From positions 1-64,000 of the forward strand of contig DASSXV010000065.1 in assembly GCA_035703635.1 (NCBI GenBank): DNA of 64,000 nucleotides, in the 5' to 3' direction. The notes under the pieces are model-generated. The model did no database searches, had not been told where the DNA came from, and was given only the letters and a program-made list of their open reading frames with translations. Of this stretch, positions 39,898-49,216 are shown piece by piece. Both the position numbers and the translations under genes were made by a program. The stretch comes from Trueperaceae bacterium. GTDB lineage: Bacteria > Deinococcota > Deinococci > Deinococcales > Trueperaceae. Position 1 is the stretch's first letter. The number at the start of each line of letters is the position of its first letter.

Positions 39898-40229
39898 GCC
39901 CACTGCTCCTCGGAGCCCTGGAGCAACTCCGCCATGCGGTCTACGCGCCCGCGCCACAGCTCCTCGTACTCGTCGAGCAGCCTGCGGACCGCTTGTAGAC
40001 CCTCCAGCCGGGTGGTGACGACGAGGCGGCGTCCCTCACGCTGCTTGGTGACGAGCCCCGCCTTCTCCAGCACGGCCACGTGCTTCTGCACCGCGGCGAA
40101 GCTCATGGGGTAGTGGCTGGCCAGTTGCACTACTCCCTCACCGCCGGTCATGGCGCGCAGCAGGATGTCGCGGCGCGTCTGGTCGGCTAGAGCCGCGAAG
40201 ATGCGGTCGGTGTGAGCGGCCTCGAGCAT
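39894..40229 (-). CDS. ArsR/SmtB family transcriptional regulator
   Basis: FAALADQTRRDIL, AVQKHVAVLEKAGLV. Confidence 0.9.
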   Translation of the reverse strand: MLEAAHTDRIFAALADQTRRDILLRAMTGGEGVVQLASHYPMSFAAVQKHVAVLEKAGLVTKQREGRRLVVTTRLEGLQAVRRLLDEYEELWRGRVDRMAELLQGSEEQWA

Positions 40230-40232
40230 TGG

Positions 40233-40265
40233 TACAACCATATGGTTGTATTGTCGCTTTGTCAA
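40233..40265 (-). promoter_or_regulatory. Leaderless promoter with perfect 18-bp palindromic operator
   Basis: Minus strand TTGACA (40265-40260)-N17-TATGGT (40242-40237)-N7-ATG; TACAACCATATGGTTGTA at 40233-40250 covers the -10. Confidence 0.85.
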
Positions 40266-41353
40266 GGTCGAACCGCCACCCGCAAGCGCGTTGCGCGGTG
40301 CAGCCACAACACCCACGTGCCGAACAGCAGTAATGCCGTCGCCTGGTGGGTGGCCGCGAGGTCAAGCGCCACGGCTGACAGCAACGTAGCGACCCCGAGC
40401 GCCCCCTGGATGAGCACGCCGCTCAGGAGGACTGCGGCCCAACCGACGTCGAGGCGCCCGCCCGGCTCAGCGCGGCGCCGCAGGGCAGCTACGAGCAGAC
40501 CGGCCGCCACGACGAGTAGGAGAAGCGGCAGGGTGCGGTGGATCCACTGCACCGTCGCGATGTTGTCGAGCAGGTTGAGAAGTGGGGGCTCGAGCCGCCA
40601 AGCCGCCGGCGGCCAGAAGCTTCCGGCCATGAGCGGGTAGGTGTTGAAGGCCTTACCCGCGTCGAGGCCGGCGACGAAGGCCCCGTACGTTACCTGCAGC
40701 ACGAGAACTGCGCCGAAAGTCACCAGCCAGCCGTAGAGTCTAGGGGCGCTGGCGGCCTCACGAGGCCTGGCCAGCAAGTCGTTAGCGGTCCACAGGCAGT
40801 ACGCGAAGATGGTGAACGCCAGCAACAGATGCGCGGCCAAGCGTTCGTGCGCCACGGCCGGCCGGTCAACGAGGCCGCTGGCCACCATGAACCAACCCAT
40901 CACCCCCTGCAACGCCCCGAGCCCGAACAGCAGCAGTAGCCGCCTGGCTAGCGGCCCGTTCAGGTAGCCCCGCAACCAGAAGAGCAGGAACGGCAAGAGG
41001 AACACCACGCCGATGGCCCGCGCGAGCAGTCGGTGAGCGTACTCCCAGTAGTAGATCGTCTTGTACTCCCCCAACGTCATGTCCGGCCGCAGCTGGCGGT
41101 ACTCGGGGAAACGCTGATACTGCGCGAAGGCGTCCAGCCACTGGGCCTCGTTGAGGGGTGGCACCACGCCGACGAGCGGCGCCCACTCCACGATCGACAG
41201 GCCCGATTGCGTGAGGCGCGTGACGCCGCCGACAACCAGCATCGAGAAAGTGAGGGCAGCACCGAGCCACAGCCAGGTGACGAGGTGACGTCTACGCGCT
41301 TGGCTGAGGTGCGCACCGAGGGGAAGGGTCTCGAGAGTCGCGGGGTTGGTCAC
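40262..41353 (-). CDS. ctaA: Heme A synthase (COX15/CtaA)
   Basis: GGVTRLTQSGLSI.EW, YWEYAHR, GWFMVASGL, QWIHR, HQ. Confidence 0.92.
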   Translation of the reverse strand: MTNPATLETLPLGAHLSQARRRHLVTWLWLGAALTFSMLVVGGVTRLTQSGLSIVEWAPLVGVVPPLNEAQWLDAFAQYQRFPEYRQLRPDMTLGEYKTIYYWEYAHRLLARAIGVVFLLPFLLFWLRGYLNGPLARRLLLLFGLGALQGVMGWFMVASGLVDRPAVAHERLAAHLLLAFTIFAYCLWTANDLLARPREAASAPRLYGWLVTFGAVLVLQVTYGAFVAGLDAGKAFNTYPLMAGSFWPPAAWRLEPPLLNLLDNIATVQWIHRTLPLLLLVVAAGLLVAALRRRAEPGGRLDVGWAAVLLSGVLIQGALGVATLLSAVALDLAATHQATALLLFGTWVLWLHRATRLRVAVRP

Positions 41354-41442
41354 TCTCTCGAACTCTACTCCCACCGGCGTTTGGGGCCGGGGTTGTAACG
41401 ACGCCCACGCGTTTAGGCCGCGGCACCACATACAGTAGTCGG

Positions 41443-41745
41443 ATGCATTCCGAGATAATGCCCCAGGACTTGACGGCGTGGCGCGAACGCGGCGCCCAAG
41501 TGATAGACGTGCGCGAACCGTGGGAGTACGCGAACGGGCGGGTGCCAGGGTCCGTGAACGTGCCGCTCGGCGAGTTCATAGGGCGCATGAGCGAGCTCAA
41601 GTCGCCCATCGTGCTCACTTGCGCCAGCGGGGCGCGGTCCGCGGCCGCGGCCGAGTACCTCGACCGGCATGGTTACACGGAGGTCGCGAACCTCGTTGGG
41701 GGCATGCATCTGTGGGAGGACAGTGGGTTGCCCGTCGAGAGGTGA
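41443..41745 (+). CDS. Rhodanese-like domain protein
   Basis: IDVREPWEY, CASGARS, NLVGGM..W. Confidence 0.9.
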   Translation: MHSEIMPQDLTAWRERGAQVIDVREPWEYANGRVPGSVNVPLGEFIGRMSELKSPIVLTCASGARSAAAAEYLDRHGYTEVANLVGGMHLWEDSGLPVER

Positions 41746-41807
41746 TCCGGCGGCTCGCCGGCGTTCGGCCACCAGTGACGGCATAGGCTCGCTAAGGAGA
41801 TGACCCC

Positions 41808-42482
41808 ATGAAGCTCCTCCTCACTTCAGCTGGAATCAAGAACGCAAGCATCCGCAGCGCGCTGGTTGCGATGCTCGGCAAGCCGATCGCAGAATCGAGC
41901 GCCCTAGCCATCCCGACCGCGAGTTACGGCCACCCGCTGGTCACCCCGGAAGGGGCGCTGAGCTTTCTCAACGGCACCGCCAGCACACCGATGTGCGAAC
42001 TCGGTTGGAAATCACTCGGGATTCTCGAGCTCACCGCGCTTCCGAGCATCGACAGAGAACGCTGGGAGCCCTGGGTCCGCCAGGCCGATGCGCTCCTCGT
42101 GAACGGTGGCGACGCGCTCTACCTAGCCCACTGGCTGCGCGCGTCTGGCCTGGCGCACCTACTGCCAACGCTCGACGACACCGTCTGGGTCGGCCTTAGC
42201 GCCGGCAGCATGGTGATGACGCCGCGTGTTGGGAAGGAGTTCGTCGAGTGGAAGCCGCCCATCCCCGGCGACGACCGTGCGTTGGGGGTCGTTGACTTCT
42301 CGATCTTCCCTCACCTCGGCCACCCCGACTTGCCTGACAACACCATGGCGAACGCCGAGCTCTGGGCCTCGCGGCTCGGCGGGCCGGCCTACGCGCTTGA
42401 CGATGACAGTGCCATCGCCGTCGTCGACGGTGATGCCGAGGTGGTTTCCGAGGGGCGCTGGCGGCGGTTCGACGTCGAGTAA
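41808..42482 (+). CDS. Peptidase S51 (dipeptidase E-like)
   Basis: MKLLLTSAG, IPTA, GGD, GLSAGSM, IFPH. Confidence 0.85.
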   Translation: MKLLLTSAGIKNASIRSALVAMLGKPIAESSALAIPTASYGHPLVTPEGALSFLNGTASTPMCELGWKSLGILELTALPSIDRERWEPWVRQADALLVNGGDALYLAHWLRASGLAHLLPTLDDTVWVGLSAGSMVMTPRVGKEFVEWKPPIPGDDRALGVVDFSIFPHLGHPDLPDNTMANAELWASRLGGPAYALDDDSAIAVVDGDAEVVSEGRWRRFDVE

Positions 42483-42619
42483 GCTGTCCCTCACGGCCCC
42501 TTAGCAGCCCTCGGGCCGACAGCGAACCAGGTACCCTGGCCACGAGGCGGCAAAGCTACTCGTATGACGAGCGTTTCATCCACTAGGTCGACGCACGAGG
42601 TTCGGAGCGCTGGCGCGGC

Positions 42620-43237
42620 GTGACCGCGGCCGCGCTCGCCGGCTTCGGCCTCAGCCTCTCGATAATCGTGGCGCTAGGAGCGCAGAACGCCTTCGTGCTC
42701 CGCCAAGGCCTACGCCGCGAGCACGTCGGAATCGTTGTGGCCATCTGCACGGTGTCCGACGCCCTCCTCATCGCCGCGGGCGTCGCGGGCCTCGGGTACG
42801 TCCTCGAGGTCGTGCCATGGTTGACAAGCGCAACGCGGTGGTTAGGCGCCGCCTTCCTGATCGCTTACGGACTCCTCGCAGCCTGGCGCGCGTTGTGGGG
42901 CAAGGGTGAGGGACTAACGCCAGCCGTTGGCGGCGCTGCTGGCACCGCCGCGCTCCGTCCTGTGATCCTGCTGACACTAGCCATGACGTGGCTCAACCCG
43001 TCGGTCTACCTCGACACGGCCTTCATCATCGGCTCCGTGGCCGCAACGCACGGGGCAGCCAATTGGGCGTTCGCCGTCGGCGCCATGGCGGGAAGCGCGA
43101 TGTGGTTCACGGCGCTAGGCTTCGGCGCGCGCTACCTGGCGCGGTGGTTACGCACACCGCGCTCTTGGCGTTACCTAGACGGCGTCATCGCACTGCTGCT
43201 CTTCTACACAGCGGCGCGGTTAGTGGTTGGGCACTAG
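42620..43237 (+). CDS. LysE/ArgO family amino acid exporter
   Basis: GAQNAFVLRQG, TWLNP.VYLDT. Confidence 0.9.
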   Translation: MTAAALAGFGLSLSIIVALGAQNAFVLRQGLRREHVGIVVAICTVSDALLIAAGVAGLGYVLEVVPWLTSATRWLGAAFLIAYGLLAAWRALWGKGEGLTPAVGGAAGTAALRPVILLTLAMTWLNPSVYLDTAFIIGSVAATHGAANWAFAVGAMAGSAMWFTALGFGARYLARWLRTPRSWRYLDGVIALLLFYTAARLVVGH

Positions 43238-43391
43238 GCCTCGCCTCAACCTGAGTGCATCTCGCGCCGCCTACACGTTCGACGTCTACCTCACGACGAG
43301 CGGTCTGGCGCCCCCCGGGCCGGTCGGCAGTAAGAACCTCGTGTAGGCGCAATGGATAAGCTGGCGTATACAGAGATCCGGGGGAACCTAC

Positions 43392-45449
43392 GTGAAGTAC
43401 AACGTCGTCTTCTACGACACCTTCGGGGGCAGCCTCAAGGAGCTGACCCTCGCCGAGCAAGGCGCCGTCATGAGCACCATGGTGGAGCTGACCGAGTCGC
43501 CCGACAGTCCCGGGCTCAACGTACACCGCATCGGTGACGCCTCCACGAAATGCTGGTCCGCCCGCGTGAACGACGACATCCGGCTCGTCTTCTTCCGCAC
43601 CGAGGCGATCGTGGTGCCGGCCTACGTGGGCCACCACGATGCGGCCTACCGCTGGGCGGAGGGACGCGCCCTGGACGTGCACCCAGGTACGGGCGCCGCT
43701 CAGATCGTCATAATTGGTGAACGCCGCGAAGAGATCATCAAGCGCATCGTCGTTCCCAAACTCGACGACCCGTTCGCCAAGCGCCCGTTCGAGCACCTGA
43801 CCGACGAAACCCTGCTCGCGTACGGCACCCCGAAAGCGTGGCTGCAGCCCATCAGGGAGGCAACCACTCAGGCGTTCCTCGACGAGATCGGCGACTTACT
43901 GCCCGCCGAGGCGTGTGAGTTCCTGATGGCGGTCGCGGCTGGCGAAACGCCGCCACCGCCACCAGCTCCGAAGCTCAGCCTCAACCCCTTCACGCACCCC
44001 GACGCGAAGCGGCGCTTCTACCTGGTGGAGTCCGACGAGGACCTAAGACGCGCCCTGACGCTCGACTGGGAGCAGTGGATGCTTTACCTCCACCCAAGCC
44101 AGCGAGAAGCGGTCGACAGAGAGTTCGCGGGACCCGCCCGCGTTACCGGCGGGCCCGGCACCGGGAAGTCGGTAGTGGCCGTCCACCGCGCCGCACGCCT
44201 GGCGCGACACGGCAACGGGCGCGTGCTGCTCACCAGCTTCTCGAAGACGCTAAGCAACCACCTGCGCCAACAGCTCGACCAGTTGCTGGCAGGCGACCCG
44301 GCCAGGGAACGCGTGGACGTGGTGCACTTGCACCAGCTCGCCGTCGACCGCCTCAGCGAGGCGCGTGGCGAGAGCCTCAAGGTGGCCGACGGCCCGGCGG
44401 TCGGCAAGGCGGCGAAGGGAGCCGCAGAGGCGCTCGGCGCTGCCACCGTAACCCCGGCCTTCCTGGAGGCCGAGTGGAACATGGTGGTAGACCCCTACGG
44501 GGTGACGACCTGGGAAGAGTACGCCGCGGTGGACCGCGCCGCCCGCGGCACGCCCCTGAACCGGGCCCAACGCGAACTAGCCTGGCGCGGCATCGAGGCT
44601 ATGCGGACGCCGTTGGAGGCCGCCGGGCTCACCACCTGGTCGAGGGTGTGCTGGGAACTGGTCGGGCGGCTGGAAGCGGGCGACGAGCGCCCGTACGCCC
44701 ACGTGATCGCCGACGAGGCGCAGGACTTCGGCCCCGCCGAGCTGCGCCTGCTGCGCGCCCTAGCCGCTAGCGGCACGAACGACGTGTTCCTCGCGTCCGA
44801 CGCCAACCAGCGCATCTTCAAGCCCTACACGCCCGTGGCGCGCGCGGGGCTCGAGGTGCGCGGTCGCTCAGTAACGCTGCGCGTCAATTACCGCATGACG
44901 GAGCAGATCCGCCGCGTGGCCGAGAGCATCATCGCCGGCAAAGTCGAATGCGACGAGCCGACGGCTGGGTCAATATCGCTCTTGGCTGGCCTTGAGCCGG
45001 AGGTCATCGTGGCGCCCGGCGTAACCGTGGAGATCCAGAGGGTGGCCGACTGGCTCAAGAAGCTGGTAGCCAACGGCTACCGCCCGGGCCAGATCGCCAT
45101 CTTCGCGAGGAAGAAGGACATCATCCAGAACCGGATCCATGCGGCTGTGAAAGCGGCAGGCCTAGAGGTGTTCGGTCTCGACTCGGACGACACGCCGCCG
45201 CCCAACCGCGTCGCCATCGGCACGATGCACCGCAGCAAAGGGCTGCAGTTCCGCGCCATCGCCATCATGGGGGTCGAGGACGGAACAGTGCCGCTCAACT
45301 CGGTGCGAACGCGGCAACCCGACGAGGCCGCGCAAAGGGCGTTCATGGAGATGGAGAGGAACTTGCTCTACGTGGCCTGTTCGCGGGCGCGGGAGCGGTT
45401 GTTGATCACGGGAGTTAAGCGGGGGTCGGAGTTTGTGTCGGCTAGCTAG
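43392..45449 (+). CDS. UvrD/SF1 helicase with N-terminal RelE/ParE-like domain
   Basis: GGPGTGKS, IADEAQD, DANQRI, NYR, TMHRSKGLQF, LYVACSRARE; N-terminal SARVNDDIRL..YVGHHDAAY. Confidence 0.85.
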   Translation: MKYNVVFYDTFGGSLKELTLAEQGAVMSTMVELTESPDSPGLNVHRIGDASTKCWSARVNDDIRLVFFRTEAIVVPAYVGHHDAAYRWAEGRALDVHPGTGAAQIVIIGERREEIIKRIVVPKLDDPFAKRPFEHLTDETLLAYGTPKAWLQPIREATTQAFLDEIGDLLPAEACEFLMAVAAGETPPPPPAPKLSLNPFTHPDAKRRFYLVESDEDLRRALTLDWEQWMLYLHPSQREAVDREFAGPARVTGGPGTGKSVVAVHRAARLARHGNGRVLLTSFSKTLSNHLRQQLDQLLAGDPARERVDVVHLHQLAVDRLSEARGESLKVADGPAVGKAAKGAAEALGAATVTPAFLEAEWNMVVDPYGVTTWEEYAAVDRAARGTPLNRAQRELAWRGIEAMRTPLEAAGLTTWSRVCWELVGRLEAGDERPYAHVIADEAQDFGPAELRLLRALAASGTNDVFLASDANQRIFKPYTPVARAGLEVRGRSVTLRVNYRMTEQIRRVAESIIAGKVECDEPTAGSISLLAGLEPEVIVAPGVTVEIQRVADWLKKLVANGYRPGQIAIFARKKDIIQNRIHAAVKAAGLEVFGLDSDDTPPPNRVAIGTMHRSKGLQFRAIAIMGVEDGTVPLNSVRTRQPDEAAQRAFMEMERNLLYVACSRARERLLITGVKRGSEFVSAS

Positions 45450-45506
45450 CGCTGTTCGAAAATGAGGTGACCCTCCTAACTTTCACGGCGTGGACGCGCT
45501 CCGACA

Positions 45507-46058
45507 CTAGGCGGTAACCAGGGCTGGCGGGGTCATTGCCCCTTCGATACGGCGCCTTATGTCCAGCACATCGTAGGTGCCGCTCACTCGAACCCGGACA
45601 AGCGGCACGCCAGCCGCGGCTAGCGCTCCGTTCTTCAACGCGTCAGCTCGGCGTGCTCTATCGCTAGCGTGGCTGGAATCGTCCAACTCCACCGCGCACA
45701 TAATGCGCGTCGAGTCAGGATCGACCAACACGAAGTCCAGGTGACGCGAGCTAATGCTGTTCCTAGCAGCCTGTCTTTCACTCTCCGACAGTCCGCGTCG
45801 GACCACAACCACGTCCTCCAGGCGCACCTTCCCGAACACCGCCATGTCTGGGGCAGCCTCGCGCAAGATGTGGAGGAAGCGCGTCTCGGTCTCCGTGAAG
45901 AGGCTAGGGCGCCGCTCGTACGGGAACCCGACCTTGCGCCGTTTGGTGGATCCTCCCAGGCGACCCTTAAGGACTGCCAAGCCGACAAGGCCAAGCAGCG
46001 CAACGATGAGCAGTGGCCCCATCTGTCGGAACGCGTTACTGAAAGCTTCCTCTAGCAT
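45507..46058 (-). CDS. DUF2726 domain protein with N-terminal TM helix
   Basis: LFTETE.RF, KVRLEDV, HLDFVL, AVELDDSSH, KN..L..AGVPLVR; SD ggggagg. Confidence 0.85.
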   Translation of the reverse strand: MLEEAFSNAFRQMGPLLIVALLGLVGLAVLKGRLGGSTKRRKVGFPYERRPSLFTETETRFLHILREAAPDMAVFGKVRLEDVVVVRRGLSESERQAARNSISSRHLDFVLVDPDSTRIMCAVELDDSSHASDRARRADALKNGALAAAGVPLVRVRVSGTYDVLDIRRRIEGAMTPPALVTA

Positions 46059-46280
46059 TGACCTCCCCAAACCAACACCTTGGACACTACGCCGAGGTAG
46101 TACGTGACATCGATACGCACGAGTAATCACTCTCTGAGCCCAACAGTGCTTCGTAGAGGCTACCGCATATTCCGCCGCACTTCGACCGTGATTGAGGGGC
46201 GCCGCCTTGCTACGAGACCCAGGCGGAAGTGAAGGGGTCCTATTGCTGCGCCCAGAACTCCTACGTCATCCGATAGCTCG

Positions 46281-46868
46281 TTAGCCACTGGGGAACGTGG
46301 TCTCAATAGTGCTCGCAATACGGCGCCTCGCCCTCTCGACATGTTCCGCCTGATCTTTCGACTCGACCGCCCCTGGCTGTAGACGACGAACGATTGCGAT
46401 GGCATCCTCGGCCGAGCGCCCGAAAGTCATGAGGACTATTGACACAATCGTGCCCGTCCGCCCGCGCCCGCCGCGGCAATGAACCACGACGGTCTCCCCC
46501 TCCACGAGGGCCGAGCAGACTTCGTTGACCAGACGATCGACATCATCCGCCTGAGAATCAGTCGGTATATCCCATAGACGATGGGAAAGTGGTGCACGCG
46601 GATGCCTCGCTGTTCCGCCGCTACGGAAAATCCCGGGATCCCAGGCATCACGTCTTCGAACGGCTCCGCAAGCGACCCGAGCGCTTGGACGCCATATACG
46701 TCCCTCAAGCGGGAAAAGTCGGCGTCGAGGCTCCATTCTCACCGCGCCCCCGTGACTAGACCGCCTTCTTGCTTGCCTCGGGCGGGCGTGTGGCCCAGAC
46801 CGCCGGATTCACCTTCGGCGGAGGGGCCCACCCAGCTTGTTCTTGATGATCTTCTGATCTGTCGTCAT
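46281..46868 (-). pseudogene. Pseudogene of a CDKN3/PTP-like phosphatase (paralogue of 48611-49216)
   Basis: Collinear with the intact copy; TGA at 46741-46739 replaces Trp of GARW; frameshift near 46575; keeps HCRGGRGRTG. Confidence 0.85.
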
Positions 46869-47038
46869 CACCAACCTCCACATCAACTAGAGATCGATGA
46901 CTGTCAGGCTAAGTCCCAACCATCACACGTAATCTCATGAGCGGAGGTTCCTCTCCCTGCAGGAATGGAACCTCCATTCTTTAACCGACCACCGTCACAA
47001 CAGAAGAAGGACTCAAGCATCACTGCAACCCGGTACCC

Positions 47039-47315
47039 TCAGCCGGAGGCCGCCGCGCGATTGATCTCACGGACGCGGCCCAACATCCGCTGCGCCAGAG
47101 CGATCTCGAAGGCGCCCAGGAAGGGTCCCTCGGCGAAGTGTTCCTGCCGGATGATCAGGGTGAACGGCTTCACGAGTTGAGCGACCGTGGCGTTTTCTAG
47201 CGCTCGGAGATCAATGCGCGGCGTCCGCGCCTCTCGCGTCCCCGCCCAACCTAACCAATCGATGCCCGTGAGAACTCACCCGTCCTCGTGCACAACCTTG
47301 ACCAGTTCGTCATCC
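47039..47315 (-). pseudogene. DUF6508-like pseudogene
   Basis: Manual translation HEDG*VLTGIDWLGWAGTREA...ATVAQLVKPFTLIIRQEHFAEGPFLGAFE; internal TGA at 47278-47276; no start found. Confidence 0.6.
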
Positions 47316-47376
47316 TGTGCAGATCCAGGTAGCGCTAATCAACAGAAGTAAGAACTCCTGCGCCCCCGACCAGTCA

Positions 47377-47604
47377 TCAGGCGCCGACTCGAACCTTCCC
47401 GTAACGACGTTGCAGTTGGGACCGCCACCCCTCCGGCCCCATTTCGTACCGGACCTCCATCACGTTGTAGGCGGCCTGAGACCCCAGCGCCCTAATCTCG
47501 TAATGTTTGGTCCTGACGTTGTAGGAGTACCGAGAACCCCGCGGCGCATACCCGTACTCACCGGTGGTGAAGTTGTACGTGAGCACCCAGCCGTCCTCAG
47601 TCAT
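47377..47604 (-). CDS. Small protein with 18-aa YN-x5-Y repeats, apparently frameshifted
   Basis: SD ggggagg; three repeats in frame and a fourth after a +1 shift. Confidence 0.55.
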   Translation of the reverse strand: MTEDGWVLTYNFTTGEYGYAPRGSRYSYNVRTKHYEIRALGSQAAYNVMEVRYEMGPEGWRSQLQRRYGKVRVGA

Positions 47605-47651
47605 CTAGAACCTCCCCTTGGTCGGGTTGTAACAGGCCTCCGCCACGCCTG

Positions 47652-48614
47652 CTACCGCGCCAGTTCGGCCAGCCCAAGGGCCAGACGCTCGATCTCGTCA
47701 CGCATGGCCAGCTTCTCGATCCACCGGCGCGGAATTCCACTAGCCCCGTAGTAGGCACCAGCGATCTGCCCGTACACCGCTCCGGTGGTGTCGGCGTCAT
47801 CGCCGAGGTTCACGGCCAGCAGGGCGCCCTCTTCGAACGAGTCGCTCTTCGCGAACGCCCACAGCGCCGCTTCCAAAGACTCCACCACGTAACCGCTGCC
47901 CCTGATCTCGGGCGGCTCCTTGCGCAGGAACGAGCCGGCGGCCACCTGCGCGACCTCCTTGCAGAGCGGCTCGGCGTTCCACGAGCCGGGGATCGGCGTG
48001 TAGTCGGGCGCCAGCAGCTCCTCCTTGCTGGCACCGTGGATGGCGCCCACGAGCAGGCCAGCCAGGTAGCGGCAGGCGTCCACGCAGGTGAGCGCGCCGT
48101 GCGTCGTGCGCGAGCTCTCGCCCGCGAGGCGGATGGCTTCGGTTGGGTCGTGTGCGAGCGCCATGGGCACGGGGGCCAAGCGCATGATGCTGCCGTTGCC
48201 AGCCGAGTTCGGATCCGTCGAACCGGCGAAGGGCTGGCCGCTATGCTCGAAGCGCTCTAGCGCCGTGCGCGTCGCGTTGCCGATGTCGAAGTAGTACCCC
48301 TTGACGCTGAAATGCCCCTCGCGGTACCAGCGCACGTAGCGTTGCATCTGATCACGCGGGTCGAAGGCGTGCTTCTCGACCAGGCTCTCCGCCAGGCAGA
48401 GCGCCATGCTCGTGTCGTCTGTCCATTCGCCTGGCTTCAGACTGAACGGCCCACCACCCACCATGTCGGTTAGGGGCTCGAAGTGGCCCGGATGTTGGAA
48501 CTCGAGCGTGGTTCCAAGGGCATCGCCTGCCGCTAGGCCGAGCAAAGCGCCGCGGCTTCGGTCGAGAGTGCTTGCAGCAGCGGCATCACCACCAACCGCG
48601 CCAGGAACGGTCAT
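47652..48614 (-). CDS. ADP-ribosylglycohydrolase (DraG/ARH family)
   Basis: [33 protein letters not shown]. Confidence 0.95.
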   Translation of the reverse strand: MTVPGAVGGDAAAASTLDRSRGALLGLAAGDALGTTLEFQHPGHFEPLTDMVGGGPFSLKPGEWTDDTSMALCLAESLVEKHAFDPRDQMQRYVRWYREGHFSVKGYYFDIGNATRTALERFEHSGQPFAGSTDPNSAGNGSIMRLAPVPMALAHDPTEAIRLAGESSRTTHGALTCVDACRYLAGLLVGAIHGASKEELLAPDYTPIPGSWNAEPLCKEVAQVAAGSFLRKEPPEIRGSGYVVESLEAALWAFAKSDSFEEGALLAVNLGDDADTTGAVYGQIAGAYYGASGIPRRWIEKLAMRDEIERLALGLAELAR

Positions 48615-49216
48615 CGTGCGCCTCCGACGCGAGACACCGCGCTAGAAGCCAGGCGCCGGCTCGCCTCCCGAACGTACTGCTGCTGCTGTAAGTTCTCGAC
48701 CGCACGCGGCTGCGCGTCGCGAACGATTCGGATGGCGTCCTGCGGCTCATGCCCGAACGCGGTCAGGATAATCGAGGCGATCGTCCCCGTCCGCCCCTGG
48801 CCACCGCGGCAATGCACCACGACGCGTTCACCCGCACTCAGGGCTTGGCGGATTACACCCACGAGCTCGTCAACCGCGTTGGCCTGCTCGGCAGTAGGTA
48901 CGGACGTGTCGACAATCGGGAGGTGGTGGACGCGGATGCCGCGCTTCCTGGCTTCTGCGAACAGCGTCGGAATCCCAAGCATGTCGTACTCGAACTCCTC
49001 CATCAGCGACACGAGGACGTCGGTGCCGTGATGGTCCTTCAACCGGTCGAGGTCGGCGTAGAGGCTGCGCTCCCACCGGGCGCCGGTAACCATCCCTTCC
49101 CCACGCTTGCCGGGTGCGAAGGTAAGCCCCAGCTTGCCCTGGTTCGCGTGGGCCCCCGCCTCGACCCAGAACACCTCTATCGGGTGACTCTCGGAAGTTC
49201 GAACTTCGGTCGACAT
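48611..49216 (-). CDS. CDKN3-like protein-tyrosine/dual-specificity phosphatase fold protein
   Basis: [38 protein letters not shown]. Confidence 0.88.
   Translation of the reverse strand: MSTEVRTSESHPIEVFWVEAGAHANQGKLGLTFAPGKRGEGMVTGARWERSLYADLDRLKDHHGTDVLVSLMEEFEYDMLGIPTLFAEARKRGIRVHHLPIVDTSVPTAEQANAVDELVGVIRQALSAGERVVVHCRGGQGRTGTIASIILTAFGHEPQDAIRIVRDAQPRAVENLQQQQYVREASRRLASSAVSRVGGAR

Noticed and set aside
46943-46983. Inverted repeat ggaggttcc/ggaacctcc as an IS or MITE end
   Set aside because: A single short hairpin with no transposase, second copy or target duplication; more likely a terminator
46739-47278. Two in-frame TGA codons at likely Trp positions, suggesting TGA=Trp recoding or readthrough
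   Set aside because: Other Trp codons are TGG, TGA terminates neighbouring genes, and the same region has frameshifts; ordinary G-to-A decay is simpler
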